DNA of 62,687 bases, filler included, from Rhabdomonas costata (lineage: Eukaryota), in assembly GCA_019059605.1 (NCBI GenBank). It is 37 parts of 37 records of this genome, joined end to end, with 100 filler letters (N's around TTAATTAATTAA, not from the genome) between each part and the next. Parts side by side here need not be neighbours in the genome. Positions count along the whole stretch, not along the records: positions 23,761 to 25,358 come from JAHMHO010012311.1; positions 25,459 to 27,055 come from JAHMHO010012312.1; positions 27,156 to 28,754 come from JAHMHO010012313.1; positions 28,855 to 30,451 come from JAHMHO010012314.1; positions 30,552 to 32,148 come from JAHMHO010012315.1; positions 32,249 to 33,846 come from JAHMHO010012316.1; positions 33,947 to 35,541 come from JAHMHO010012317.1; positions 35,642 to 37,238 come from JAHMHO010012318.1; 29 more parts are not named here. One strand, given 5' to 3'. Every line of letters begins with the position of its first letter. The first letter of the stretch is position 1. Positions 23,808 through 37,454 of the stretch are shown here, piece by piece. Below the pieces are notes generated by a model. That model saw only the letters and a list, made by a program, of their open reading frames with translations. It was not told the DNA's origin and ran no database searches. The translations under genes were made by a program, and so were the position numbers.

Positions 23808-25162
23808 GCCCCCGAGGTGGTTGCGGACCAGGGCGGGTACAACGGCTTCATCGCGGACATCTGGTCTTGTGGAGTCATCTTGTACCTCATGCTCGCTGGG
23901 CGGGCTCCCTTCGAGCACGCCAACGTCACCGGACTCCTGAAGAAGGTCCCCTTGGGCCTCTCTCTTTCTCCTGATTCCTCTTCTCCTTCACAGCTATTTC
24001 CCTCTGACTACTTTGATTTTCCTTCTTTTTTTCTGTTGGTCTCGGGGTCTTGTTTAGCAGTTTGGGAAGAGAAAGGCCCTTTCGGGAGGCTATTACTTTT
24101 ATTGGAAGGAAGGAAAGGAAGAAGAAACGAATGGAAGAAGCTTTTGTGCAGAAAAAAGGAGGAGGGGACGGCAAGAAGAGAAATAGAAACCAAACACTGC
24201 TTCAGATCTTCTTGTAAAAACGGAAATAAGGTCACCCTACAGACAGACTACTTTGTCATGGGATCTCGGGACACCCCACCCGCCTACCCACCATCGGGTT
24301 CGGAGTCTTGTATATTGTTGGTTGTAGAGTACCGCTGGGGCGTTGCGGATTTGTTGCCCTGAATCGTGGCTCCTCTCATTTCAAAGGTTATGTCGGGGAA
24401 GTACGTTATGCCGGACTACTTCAGCCTGGGCGCGCGCAGCCTGATCACCCGGATGCTCGTGCTGCAGCCGGACAAGCGTGCCACCTTGGCGGAGATCATC
24501 GCCCACCCCTGGTTTCAGGTAGGTGCAGACAGATCCATGGGGTGCTAGTTTTAATCACTTCCACCCAAGCCGTTGCCATTGCCCTTGGAGTCCGTTGAGT
24601 GAAGCATCGCTTTTTGAGCTCCTCGCAGTCTAACGGATGGGAGATAGTTGCGGAGTTGGTGCAAAAGTGTGGCGGCGAAGGAAGCTAAAACTAAGACAAC
24701 GTCGTACTGAAACTCAATCCCTACAAATACAAGGGAAAACCTTAACAGACCTGCAGCAAGCATTGTTCCTGACTTTTTGCTTTCCTTTCCGCTCCACAAA
24801 CACCTACGGGAAAACAGAGCCTGAAAACCTCTTCAAAACACCTCGTCAAGGACTATCACAGTTGCCACCTCACCAAATCGTGGCGAGGTTCTTTTTTGAT
24901 TCGCCCCCCCCTCCGATGAACCTGTGAACGATTGGGGCGTCCCCGTGAAAATCCAAGAATGCCGTGGCCCTCGCCATGTGTGGATGGGATTTATATTGCT
25001 TTCTCTAAGATCCGTCCTTACTGGCTTTTGGCAGCACGTACCTCCCCTTCTGTCGCCACCCCTCCGCACCGATGCACTGCCACTCACGCGGACGGTGGAC
25101 GGTGTCCTGCTCCGCACCTGCAGGTGGACTTTGACCGCTCCAAGTACGACCAGGTGATGCAG
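23808..25162 (+). CDS. CAMK-group (CIPK/SNF1-like) Ser/Thr kinase, exons 23808-23945, 24387-24518, 25124-25162, partial
   Basis: APEVVADQGGYNGFIADIWSCGVILYLMLAGRAPF...LKK|VMSGKYVMPDYFS...PDKRATLAEIIAHPWFQ|VDFD, joined by phase-0 GT-AG introns. Confidence 0.95.
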
Positions 25163-25458
25163 GTCACTGCTAAGAGGGGGTCCCTTCCACCTGCCTCCAA
25201 CGATCTGCCCCCATCGGTGCGTACTTTGTGGTTGGTTGTCGCGTGGCCCTTGGGTGGCCTTGCGGGGTCGGGCACGGTTGCAAACCGAAGTTTCGCACGT
25301 CACCAATCAGACATGAATCCCTCTCTAGCTGTGTGTGTTCCCGAACAGAACCCACAAANNNNNNNNNNNNNNNNNNNNNNNNNNNNNNNNNNNNNNNNNN
25401 NNTTAATTAATTAANNNNNNNNNNNNNNNNNNNNNNNNNNNNNNNNNNNNNNNNNNNN

Positions 25459-27028
25459 ACCAAGACGTGCAGCTTCAGCTGTGCCGTGGGGTACACCGGA
25501 GGAGGCACTTTGACATGTGGCTTGAATGGGGCCTGGTCTCAAAGTGGGAGCTGCTCAGGTCTGCAGGCATTATGCATGCGATGGAGCGGAAATGATTGTG
25601 AGCGGGTCGCTGAACCTTCAAGGTCAATCTGGCTGAAAAGTTTGCAAACCGCTTGTCTTATGTTGCCTTTTTTTGAACCTACCATTTATCCGGAAGTCTC
25701 ACGATCCAGCCAACCTCATCGACCCCTCATCTCTGCTCAATGCCCTTTTTTTGCATAATAGTGTGGAGAAGTACTCGTTGCCCTGTCATCGTGTCGTTGC
25801 CGTTGGGTGTGCGTGTTATTCAAATAAATGTCCCTGAGAGCATTTCGGGAGAAAGGCGTGGTCTTGATTGGACTCCAGCTTGCTGTGGGCCTCCTCTGGT
25901 TCATCGTCCCAGGTAAGGTTTTGAACGGAAGCGGGGGATCTTATTTGGACTACATCTCATCCCATCCAGGAGCTGGGGCGGCCATCCCTTCCTCGCTTGT
26001 CGGTTTTCCGTAGTGGTAAACTGCGGCACTCCCGGAACTCCTTCCAACGCCGCCGCCCCGGCATGCAGCTCCGGCACCACGTACACCACGACGTGCAGCT
26101 TCGGCTGCGCGACGGGATACACCGGAGGGGGCAGTCTGACGTGTGGCTCGACTGGGGCCTGGTCGCAGAGCGGCAGTTGCGTAGGTGTGGAGGCAAGCGC
26201 TGTGGTCAGTATTCCGTGGAAACTGAAGAGTACCTGCCGTTCAGTTTGACTTTCAACGGTCCAGGGTCTTAGAGAGGGCAGCTATAGATGGGTCCCGGTT
26301 CTTTTCTTCGTGTCTATGTCTGTGCCTATGATAGTTTGGATTTTAGTTGTGCCCCAACCCCAACTCAATTGTAGCCCTGAACCTAAACCCACTGCAATGC
26401 TGTCTGAGTGCAATGTAGTGTTGAGTTGATGCCAGCACCGCATTGTCCCCCTATTGGCTGTGAAAAGGATGTCATCTGGGTGTTAGTGCGACCTCTAATC
26501 CTGCCGAAACCATCAGCCTGCAAACGGAATGTCATTCTGCCAACCATGCCTTGGTTCCAGATCCCTTTGGCAGAGCTCCTGTTGCTTAGTCTGAACAAAA
26601 CCAAGGCAGTATATAAGTTGTGAACATCCTCAATCCCCGGTAATTTACGGTGGCTTGTGGAAGGGTGTGGGTTTTTTGTTGTGGGTGCCTTCGATATATA
26701 CTCCACTGCGCTGGATAAAAAAAGCGGCAGAAGAATTAAAAGAAATTGAATCCGGGGGATCGTATGGTTCACATCTCATCCAAGAGAGGGGGGCGGACTT
26801 CGTTCCCATCTTTTCCGGTTTTCCTCAATGGTCCCTCTCTCGCTTCTTCTCTTCCAGAGGTGAACTGCGGCACCCCCAGCACTCCTTCCAATGCGGCCGC
26901 CCCGGCCTGCGCCTCGGACACCACATATACCAAGACGTGCAGCTTCAGCTGTGCCGTGGGGTACACCGGAGGAGGCACTTTGACATGTGGCTTGAATGGG
27001 GCCTGGTCTCAAAGTGGGAGCTGCTCAG
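25459..27028 (+). CDS. Sushi/CCP-repeat protein, one domain per 171-nt exon (..25558, 26014-26184, 26858-27028)
   Basis: VNCGTP...C......TTCSFGCATGYTGGGSLTCGSTGAWSQSGSC matches the C-x-F-x-C-x-x-GY...C...G-x-W-S...C pattern. The exons are phase 1-1. Confidence 0.85.
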
Positions 27029-27055
27029 GTCTGCAGGCATTATGCATGCGATGGA
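25459..27055. repeat. Exact 127-bp direct repeat at both contig ends (25459-25585 = 26929-27055): collapsed 1470-bp tandem unit
   Basis: Direct sequence identity. The length is consistent with a k=127 de Bruijn overlap. Confidence 0.9.
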
Positions 27056-28122
27056 NNNNNNNNNNNNNNNNNNNNNNNNNNNNNNNNNNNNNNNNNNNNT
27101 TAATTAATTAANNNNNNNNNNNNNNNNNNNNNNNNNNNNNNNNNNNNNNNNNNNNGTTTTGTGTGGCTCCTGAGTGCTGGCATGTGAGGCAGATGCGGAA
27201 CAGCCGCCTTGCGCTCCGGAAATGTTAGCTGATACATCGACTGTGACGACACAAATTTGGTTGACAGTGCAGCGTGTGACGATATACAAGAAGAAGCACT
27301 CTCTAATTCTGGAGCTTCCTAGATGGGAGATGCCGCATGACGTATGTCCAAATTCCGTGTGAAGTTTGTTTTGTGGTCGATCACTTCTGGTGTTAGCTCA
27401 AATGAAACAAAAAAAGCGGCCTGTTGTTCCCAAACAACTCCAGATGTTACAAACCCACCTTCATTTTGCTCGCGCCTCTGCAATTGTGGAAAAACGCGCA
27501 CTGGTGGTTTACATTGTACTCCAACAGCAATGCGCGACCCAACCACCCTCCTTGACGTGCTAGTCAATAATTACGTGGTTTTACAGGAAAATCTTTGCAT
27601 TAACTCTTAACTCGGTAGTATGAAACAATTACTCCAGCTCCAACCGATGTGTAGTACTTCAAGGACAAACAAATGCGCAGGGTAATGCGCCCATGCATGC
27701 CGGTAGGTGCGGCAAAGGACGGGGGTCATATGCGCTTGAAATCATCTACCTTTAATCGCACACAATATCTTTTGTGGAAGAGTGTCATACTCAACCACTT
27801 TAGCTTTAGGCAAACCTGATAACGCTCAGGTGTATACTTTATCATCGCCCGTGGACCTGGGACCACCGTTATGTTGTTGTAACCTTTTCCTGGACATTAG
27901 ACATTCACTGCCATGCTCCAGAAAGTTTTTCCTTTGCCCTTTGACCGGGAGTCTACAAAGTTTATCATCTGGAAGTTTTTTCCAGAGCTGCGCTTCATCT
28001 TTGTGCTACTTTAGCATATTATTTGCCGATTGCAACGTTTTGACAGCAAAATTTTACTTGGGTTGGAAACTGATGTACGCACTTTGGCCTAATAACCATA
28101 GATTTCTGTAAACCTCATATAT

Positions 28123-28123
<1 letters not shown>

Positions 28124-28161
<38 letters not shown>
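28124..28161 (+). repeat. (CA)n microsatellite
   Basis: Perfect dinucleotide run. Confidence 0.95.
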
Positions 28162-28163
<2 letters not shown>

Positions 28164-29970
28164 GTGATTTTCTTCCTCAATCTCGGCGGATAAATGCTAA
28201 CCAATTGCAATGTTTTTAACGCGCAAACCGCTCACACATCCATCCACGTGACGGTTTTGTGTTACCAGTTGAAACCACGCATCTGTAGCGAATCATTGGG
28301 CTACTATTCCGCTACCAACATTCGCGGCTTCTCATCTACCGCTGCCCATCACTGCCGTGTTTCTAGGACCCCACCATCCCGATCCTACCTGGAAGTCGTA
28401 TTCTTCTGCCTAGAACAAAATACCCACTGCTTTCTAATTTGGTGCGGGCGTGTCTCTTTTACTTTCCGTTTACCGGAACCATAAAAACGCTAACGTGGTG
28501 CCAAAACGTGCGTTTCGGTGGCGCAATCTCTTTTAAGTTTTCTTTTCCGGATTTTATCCTACCTGGACGTCATAAGCGGCTCCGTTCACTTTTTGCCTCT
28601 GGTCAAAAATCCCCAAACACGTAGTTGGTTCACAAAAAACACCGCGACTTCGAGTTTGCTTCTGTTTGTTCTTTTGATAAAAAAAACAAATTGAAATGAA
28701 AATTCCTTTTTTTTCATCGCCCTTACTTACATTTTTGTTTGTGACCACCACAAANNNNNNNNNNNNNNNNNNNNNNNNNNNNNNNNNNNNNNNNNNNNTT
28801 AATTAATTAANNNNNNNNNNNNNNNNNNNNNNNNNNNNNNNNNNNNNNNNNNNNGGGGTGGTGTGGCTTACATTTGTGTTCACCAAGTACCTGGATTTGA
28901 TTAGACCGTTTTTCAGGTGGTGTAGGAAGCGATGCGCGTGCCCCCTGGGATTCAAATAGAAGCTTTCGCGGAGGTCCAAGATGTTTCATACGTCTGGGGT
29001 GCAAAGCGCACTTGAGTGAGCTCACTTGATACTCAGCCCCGGGCTGGCGAATAAGTTGTCGTGCGTCAATAAGTCAATAACCCGACAACTGTCCTCATCA
29101 TTGCCAGTCCTGGCCGTGTATATTAGGCTGGTTAGGTTGCATTCACTGAGGAATTGGTGTGAGAAGTGGATTTATTAACGCAGTGGCGAGCTTATTTTTG
29201 GGCGCCTTACCACGCGACCTTACCAAACAATAAGGTATCCCATCCTTCAGTTTGTCATGCGCCCGGACACGGACGTTGTGATTACTTTGCCCTTCCGTGT
29301 GGCCTTTCTAAAGGCTCCTCCTGGACTGCAGCGAACTCTGGCCCACCCCGCTTCTTGACGGGCTGCTCCCCCCTTCCACCCCTGCCCAGGGGTAAGGGCT
29401 ACCCTGCAATGGCTCTTGCCATGGATCATCCACCTGTGGATAGTTTTGTAAATCAGTGTACAAATGAAATAATGCACCGCGGGTTTCGCCACTGTTTAGC
29501 AATGATGTCAAGTTCATGTTGGAGAAGTTTCGGAATTCCCCTCAAAAGCATACAGTTGAAATGTTGCGGAAGGAGAAAGCGATGGTACAGCATTGGGAGG
29601 GGGTATCACGTGCTACTCTGGGACCGTGCTCTCATAATGCTCAATTAGGCTTTGGCGCGACGCAGGTAATTGTGCGGCATCAGTTCTCTTTCCTGTCCAA
29701 ATCCTTTGCACTTCGATTTGCCCACCCATTTTCAAATTTTTCGGGGAGTTTGCCGATGTTCTTCAGCCATTTCTCAGCGTCCTTAATTGCAGACATTGCT
29801 ATGGAGGAAGGTTTCGCGTGTTCTCCGAATAATTTTGGTCTGAAGTGTGGTATCTCCTGCAGCATCGGTTCTTCCTTGGTGAACCCCAAGGCAACTTTTG
29901 TGCCCTCCCCTTGAGCCTTTCCCTTTTTCCGTGTGAACGGTTTGGGCCAGTCCCTGTCCCAGTTCCTGCG

Positions 29971-30088
29971 ATGTCGCAGAAGTCATTCACAAAAGATGAG
30001 GTGGCAAAGCACAACACCGAGGGTGACCTTTGGGTCATAATCCGCGGCAAGGTGTATGACATTACTCAGTTCACGGAGGAACACCCAG
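29971..30088 (+). CDS. Cytochrome b5-like heme-binding domain, first exon
   Basis: [39 protein letters not shown](G), followed by a GT donor. Confidence 0.95.
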
Positions 30089-30556
30089 GTGTGTTTGTGT
30101 TTTGAAACTTATGTGTGCACAACTGCGCGCGCACCCTACATGATTTATGTTGCGCGTGATTCCTTTTGCATTCGAAAAGCTTCCATAGCAAGCGGCGTTG
30201 CACACAGCATTTGATCCATTCATAATGGTGGGTTCCAGTGCCTGTTTGTCTGCAAATGCTGCGAATGACAACCCCGTGGACTCGTGGATTGGAGTAGTGG
30301 ATATACGTACCAACTTGTTCCAGCCCGGTGGTTTCGGTTCGTTGTTCAGAGATGCCACCGAGATACCGCCCAGCAATGCCTCTCCTTCACTTCTCCGCAG
30401 CTCCACCCCGACCCCCCATGTAGTGTGTCGCAACACGTAGACCCACAAAACNNNNNNNNNNNNNNNNNNNNNNNNNNNNNNNNNNNNNNNNNNNNTTAAT
30501 TAATTAANNNNNNNNNNNNNNNNNNNNNNNNNNNNNNNNNNNNNNNNNNNNATTAG

Positions 30557-30744
30557 GAAATGCGCAGTACCGCGGCGCGTGGGACGCGTTTAAGCGGCTG
30601 TGGAGGGCAGAGGGCCTACGTGGGCTGACCCGTGGCCTGGGCCCAGACTTGATGACTGGCTCCCTCATGGGAGCCTGGGCGGCGTTCACGTACGAGTTCA
30701 TGCTCCACCTTAGTGTCATCCCAAAGGCAAAGGACAAGTCCTAG
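30557..30744 (+). CDS. Mitochondrial carrier (SLC25) family protein, last exon
   Basis: QYRGAWDAFKRLWRAEGLRGLTRGLGPDL...FTYEFM...* matches the Y-x-G-x-x-D...EG-x-x-GL-x-RG carrier motif. Confidence 0.85.
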
Positions 30745-32656
30745 CGTGCAGTTTGGGGGACAGGGGGAAGGATGTGGATTTTTCGCATTGTTGTGGAATG
30801 TAAATACTTCGGGTTTGCGAGGTATTGGTGGAAGCCCGTTTGAGTGCGTTGGGTGGGGAGAGAGGAGGTGGGTATTGTGGCATCAACCACGGAGTCGGGG
30901 GTAGCGAAGAGATGGTTGGGATGGTGGGGATTGTCCCCTTCACCAGAGACGTCCCAATAATGGCGCCCGCCTCTCTCGCATTGCGTTTGGGAGTGCGCGC
31001 GCTGTGTGTCGGGTGCTTCTTCGGCGAGAATGGGCGGGACATCCCCGTGCTCATCTGAGGTGATACCTTCGGTGACTTCGTCCCCTACATATCCAAGCAA
31101 AAATCGGGCTAAAGGAGGTAGCATGTAGCAGTGGTGAGAGGTGGGGAAAAATGGGATGGTCTCGGTTGCATCGTGTGAACCACGGCGGCGCATGTGAACT
31201 CTGTGGCATGTGATGGTAGTGGGTGGGATGGCCTTGCGGGCACGAAAGGGGGTTGTTGTGCAGGACTTGAGCCTCTTTCGGGGGGTTTGTCTGTTTTGAT
31301 TCCTGGGCCCCACGAATCTTCCCTTGTTTTTCTAGGGGCCTTTTTCCGCATATTGTGCCACTGCTGTGCCACGTTGCTGCCGGGACTGTTCCATGGGTTG
31401 TTTGGAAAACGATCTTCCAGCGGAGTTCCGAGGTCAGCGGGTATTTTTTATTGTTCTTGAGGGTGAATGTGATCACATAGTCACGTCAGTGCTGTGTGCG
31501 GTCACTCATGTTCATAAAAGAAAAGGAAGTGTTTGCTTCGCAAACTTTTGCTTCACTAAAGAAGAGGACAGATACGGACACTCGTGTCATAACCAGAGGC
31601 CCCGCGGGCACATGGTACAAAAACCGCGCCTGTGGGAGAAGTTCCGGAACACGAAGGACATGAGAATGCGGCAAAACATCAGTTACCGAAAGGAGGACCT
31701 TTTTTTGGGGCTTGCACAGGTTTAGAAAGAGCAAAAACCTCACAAATGCCAGCAAATGATTGCTGTTCGAACTTCAGATTTCTCTGCGTGTGACAGCTTG
31801 GGCCATATTGCTTTCAGGCAGAGGTGATCTATGAGGCCGCCGGTTGAGCGCCAGAATGTCAGAAGGCGCTCTTTCGCAGCTGCCGCATATTTTGCGCTAC
31901 AATGCACAATGCACGACCCCAGCCCCAGATTTAACTTCACAATTAACTTCACCACGGTTACTTACGTCCTGTCTTTTCTTTCCTTTGCTTTCAAGGCGGT
32001 TACGGAACCTTGTGCATATCTGGTGTTATCACGTTGGGAGAAGGCAATTGTAAGACATTCTAATTCTTATGCTTAAGAACTTCCCCCCAGACTGTCTCTT
32101 CAGGAAAAACGTCACCAGGCCTGACCCATCGATCCTACACCCCCCCCCNNNNNNNNNNNNNNNNNNNNNNNNNNNNNNNNNNNNNNNNNNNNTTAATTAA
32201 TTAANNNNNNNNNNNNNNNNNNNNNNNNNNNNNNNNNNNNNNNNNNNNGTGGTGGGTGTGTTTGGTGTGTTTTGTGCTTTATAGCCTTTGTTTCTTTTGT
32301 GCTTAGTTTCCCCTGCAAATCTCTCTCGCGTTCCTGTGTTGCACTCTTCACGAACTCTTGTGCCTGTACCGCAGTGCCGTGAAGTTTTCTTACTAAAGAG
32401 AATCTTTTAATCTTTTTTGTTTTGATACTTAGGGAGAAAGCGAGCAACAAACTCTGCCAGTGCATCCGAGATGCGTTTTTTGTTTTCAAGGGTTTTTCAG
32501 ACACTTTTGGGTGGGGTTGCTGCGGCGTATGTATTAGCCCGTTTCATGGGCTTTGTTGGACAAGTGTGACAGGATATGGGATGGGGGCGACCACACCAAA
32601 AGTCTGTTTTCTGTCTTTCCGCCCGCCTGCCCACACGCCCGCGCATCCACCCACAG

Positions 32657-32836
32657 GGAACAAGGGCCTGCTGCCGCTGCTCGAGGTGGTTCGGGTGAAC
32701 CCTGGGATGAGGGTGCTGAGTGTGGCTGGCAATGGCATCAAGAACACCGGGGTGGAGGCCCTGGTGCACATGGCCCTGGAGCACCCCTCGCTGGCATCCA
32801 TAGACCTCAGCGACAACCGCGTCACCAATGCCGCCG
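32657..32836 (+). CDS. Leucine-rich-repeat (RNI-like) protein, internal exon
   Basis: AG/GT-bounded GNKGLLPLLEVVRVNPGMRVLSVAGNGIKNTGVEALVHMALEHPSLASIDLSDNRVTNAA, resembling kinetoplastid LRR proteins. Confidence 0.85.
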
Positions 32837-35800
32837 GTCTCAACCCTACCCCCCCCCCTCCTTCACACACGCACGCACCCCACTCCTTCCCGCGTGCAAT
32901 TAGGCGCGGTGTTTTTTTCCCTCAAAATGTTCCCCATCTGGCCTGCCCGTTTAATGGTGCAGACGACACAACTTATGCAAACAGCTCTCAGTGCTACACT
33001 GTGTCAAGAGTCCTCATTTTGAAAGTGTCAAAGAGACGTTGGAATGAAGTTGTGAAGAGAAAAACGTGCTGCGCACTGAACTTCGTACGCTGCTTTCCTT
33101 CATTTCATTTGATTGGATACCAACCAGATCAATTTTTCAGCGCATTCCAAGGCATAAGTATTAAGTATTTTATCTGACCTTTGGAGGACGATAAACGCAT
33201 GTAATACTGCTGGAAAACTTTGAATCGTACTCACCGATACACGGGGGAAACGTCTCTGGAAATAGAGATTTGAGTATCGCTTGTTTTTATTATTATTGTG
33301 AAGTTACATAAACGTTAGAGTGAGGATATAATTGAAACTACCATATTTCAGAGTGTATGTATCGACCACATCTACGATGGTGCGACGTCCAATTTGCCTT
33401 TAATACAAATGGAAAGTTGTTTACGTTTATGTCCGTGGTTATCGTGTGTATCGTACGCTATTCTATTTCATGTTCTCCAGTCTTCCTCTGTTTTAAGGGC
33501 GCTTCGGCTTGCTTGCGTCTCTGCCGGTATAATGAAGGCTTTTGTCTATATAGCACTTGAAACCACTAAAAGGTCCACAAAGAACCAAAAGAAATCAACT
33601 TCAGCAATAGAACTTTGTGCCTGGTTGGTTAGATCTGCACTCCGATCTACGCCTCGTGACCTTCCCTCCAGTTTTGGCGTGGGCTTTGGCTTTCGTTGAT
33701 TTCGTTTCGTTTGTTGATCCATGATTGTTTGATGAAGCCCCCTACACCCTGGATGGCCCTCAATATTTAGGGCTATCCAGGGTGTAGGGGGCTTCATCAA
33801 ACGATCATGGATCAACAAACGAAACGAAATCAACGAAAGCCAAACCNNNNNNNNNNNNNNNNNNNNNNNNNNNNNNNNNNNNNNNNNNNNTTAATTAATT
33901 AANNNNNNNNNNNNNNNNNNNNNNNNNNNNNNNNNNNNNNNNNNNNTGTTGGTTGGTGGGACGAGTTCCCATGTTTCTGTGTTTCTGTGGTTTGAATCTC
34001 ATGCGAGGAACGCAAATGATGCCCCCTCCCTCCCATTGCCTCTGTTGTGTGAGAGGTAGGGGTGATAGATAATCGGTGAGTACTTAAAATACGACTTCTC
34101 CGTTACCCTAGATCGCGCTAGTATTGAACGGGCCTGTTGTTTTCTTAATGCTGAGCACTGGTGGTCGACAGTTGTGTCCAAAATGCACAAAACGCAAACT
34201 AGCACGTCTAGCGTCTGTGCGGGCATGCCCGTGATTACGTTTCTTAAACGCAAAGCAGTTTGCAGCGGAAACACAAGGCCACGAGACCTACACGGGCATA
34301 GGATGGAAAAGGAGGCATGGGAAGGTTAACAGTTGAAGCTAACGAAAAGCACCTACGCTCCCCTTCCCAGCGCAGCGACCGCAATGTGGACGACCCTTGA
34401 CGCTGACATTGACCCTTATTTCTTCAAAGAAATTGGTCAAACTTGATCTTCCGTGGTGTAGGAAACCCAGCCAGGTAACTTGTCACGGCGATCGAGTTGT
34501 TAATTAGGACCAGGGGAGCATTTTGCGTTCACCCCGTCTCCGCTTTTGCATTGTAGTCCTCGCTCTTCGCCTCGGGAACGGGGGTCCTGTGGGGAAACTT
34601 CGGCGTGAAAGACGCTGGCCGTTGGTACAACGCTGTCGTTCTTTTCCGCTGCTGTGAAAGGGCATCAGGATTCGCGCCTTCTGTGTGTTGTTGGCTGAAA
34701 TGCAAAAGGAAAGGACAGCGGATGTGAATCCTTGGGGGGCGGATTCCAATAGAAAGGGCCTGAAAACGATTGGGAGGACGAAACCAATGACTGTTTTTAG
34801 AACTTGCAAAAAAGAATTACGGGAAATTTTCCGGCGGGGCAATATTTGAATATTTGGTGCAGCTTGTGACGTCGAACACAGGCACCGTTGGTTAGATCTG
34901 GAGCTTGAGTTTTTGAAGGTTCTGGAAGGACGTTCTTTCCCCCCAATGGGCAGAGAAACCCACCAAGTGGAAGGAAAGTGTTAAAGTGTGCAGGGTACGG
35001 CAAGGAACGAATTGGGTGAGTGGTTTTTTTGCCTTTTGGGGTCTTTTTTTTGGCCTGAGCTCGTGAAACTACTCAGCGCCATAACATCTCAGCGCCATAA
35101 CATCTCAGCGCAGCCGTGAGGTGCCAGCACGTCACGTCGCGGAGTTCTGGTGGATCCTCTAACCGGACCCCGATATAAGTTTAAGATCGCCACCATGAAT
35201 GATGAAGTTGAAGTTGAAGTATTGTCAACAGGGTTGGCAACAGCACGCCACCCAGACTCACTGGTCATAGCATTCGAATAGATCATCCTTGTGGATTCAG
35301 AGGGGGTCGCATCAGGTTGAGGAAGCGGCTGTTCTCCGCGCTGGCCTTTTTTTTGCAGCTTTTCGGTGCACTCATTCACGTGTTGTCAAAAACGTTGTGA
35401 TGGCCGGTATCTATTATTGCCCCGAGATCTTTCGCATTGGCAAACGAAACTAGATGACACGCCTCTTTGGTGCTCCCCTTTTACAGCTTTCTCCAAAGCA
35501 GCTGCACTTATCATCCGCCGTGCAGCTGCACTAACACCCCCNNNNNNNNNNNNNNNNNNNNNNNNNNNNNNNNNNNNNNNNNNNNTTAATTAATTAANNN
35601 NNNNNNNNNNNNNNNNNNNNNNNNNNNNNNNNNNNNNNNNNTGGTTTTTGGGAGACATGCGTGCTACCTTATCTCTCGCAAGCATGCCTGCCACTCGCGG
35701 AAGCAACGAGACGCATAACATTCCAGACCCCCCCCCCTTCTGTGTTTCACTGCGAAAGAACTCTCACCCACACGCAGCCCTATTATACAAAGCTCTGTTG

Positions 35801-36912
35801 CACCCACAGCAGAGTGTGACCGAAAAGGTGGCAAGGAGAGAAAGAGACGGAGATAGATTCTGCTAGTTGTTGTACACTGTGCGGGCATGCAGCGTAGGGG
35901 CGGGGTAGCGATAAAATAAGCCAAGGCTCGACGAAAGAGAGCCGTCAGAGGGGGATGGTCCCTTCTTCGACTTTCGGAGACAGGCTAGGCAAACAAAATG
36001 GAGAGGGAATGCTCGAACTTCCGTTTCCCTCTTTTGTCAATTGCTCTCTCTATCTCTTGCTAGCTATTTTTGCCCGTATATCGGACGCAGCTCAGCAGAA
36101 GTGGACCTAGTGGTGGCTATGTGGCGATGAAATGAGGAGAGGCTGAGTGGGGGGTGGGGGAGGCAGCAGATGTGAGTGAGAGAGGGAGGCTCATTTCTTC
36201 GCAAGCGCGTTCGGTGAGTGGACAAGAGACTGGACAAGGCTGAAGGGCATCGATGGCTCTCGCTAAAAACTGAAAGAGAAAGAGCGGGAGCAAGCCATTC
36301 ATTGCTGGAAAAGGAAAGACAAAAGGAGAGGGTAATATTACAGGAGGTGGGGAAAGACGACTCCTCCACAACGGCAGCAAGCTCGTGTTCGTTTCAAGGC
36401 TGCTCATCACCAGAGTCGGCATCATCGTGCATGTCGAGAAAGGGCAGCACGTTGTCTGCGTCGCTGGAGTCCTCCGTGTCATCCTTCCCCCCAACCCACC
36501 CCCAATGTCGTCTCACCCATTGGATGGGGTGACCTGTTTCTGTATTTTAAGCAGTTCTTTTGCATTCTTTTGCGTGACCGGGGACAGAACCCGGCTACTT
36601 GTTGCTGCTTTGGAACAATAAGTTGTTTTGATGTGTAGGTTTTGCTTCTACTGAATAAATCCCCTCCCCTGCGCTTTCAATTCGCAACATAGAAAGAACT
36701 AAAAATCAAAGACGGTAACGAGGTAGCTCGTGCATCGTTGAACCTCCCAGAAGTTTTAGTAAGTCTATCTAAAGCTTTTGTTTCAGTTACTGCACTTTTC
36801 ATAAACGGCAGTTTCGCTCGCGGCGGCAGTTGAAGGTCGGTCAACGTGCCATAGTCCTCAGTTTGCAGTGCCGTTTTCTCGTTTTCTCAGGGAAGAAAGA
36901 ATCTCTGCTTGC

Positions 36913-37104
36913 CTGAGCCATGTCAGTGTCCCCGTCCCTGTCGGGGACGCAGGAGGGAGTGGTGGCTTCGTGATGTCCTGGAGAGGCTCCGCACTCAGAG
37001 GCCGGGCTGGCGCCCAGTGTCGCCTCCGCGGGGTGCCGTGCCGCACGGCTCAGCAGCGCCAGCCGCAGGTGCAAGCTCTGCACCTCACCCTCCAGTTCGG
37101 CCAC
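36913..37104 (-). CDS. Probable exon of a coiled-coil/low-complexity protein
   Basis: CAG|VAELEGEVQSLHLRLALL...DMAQ|GCAAGC, 192 nt, with a GC-type donor. Confidence 0.5.
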
Positions 37105-37454
37105 CTGTGTACCAGACCCCACCTCCAAAACCCCACGGCTGGTTGGGGACATAAGTTGACTGAAAATGACCGGAGTCTCGAGCAGTCGCGGGTCTTAAAT
37201 TGACAAGTGAGAAAGGTCTAACTCTCTCCCACAACACANNNNNNNNNNNNNNNNNNNNNNNNNNNNNNNNNNNNNNNNNNNNTTAATTAATTAANNNNNN
37301 NNNNNNNNNNNNNNNNNNNNNNNNNNNNNNNNNNNNNNGGGGGGTTTGTTGCCAGGAACCAGAACGAAGTGCATAATCTGAGGAGAGATAAAGCCGCTTT
37401 GCGGTCAGGGACGCTCGTTTTCGATCGTCGCTGGCCGAAAAGCGGCTTTATCTC

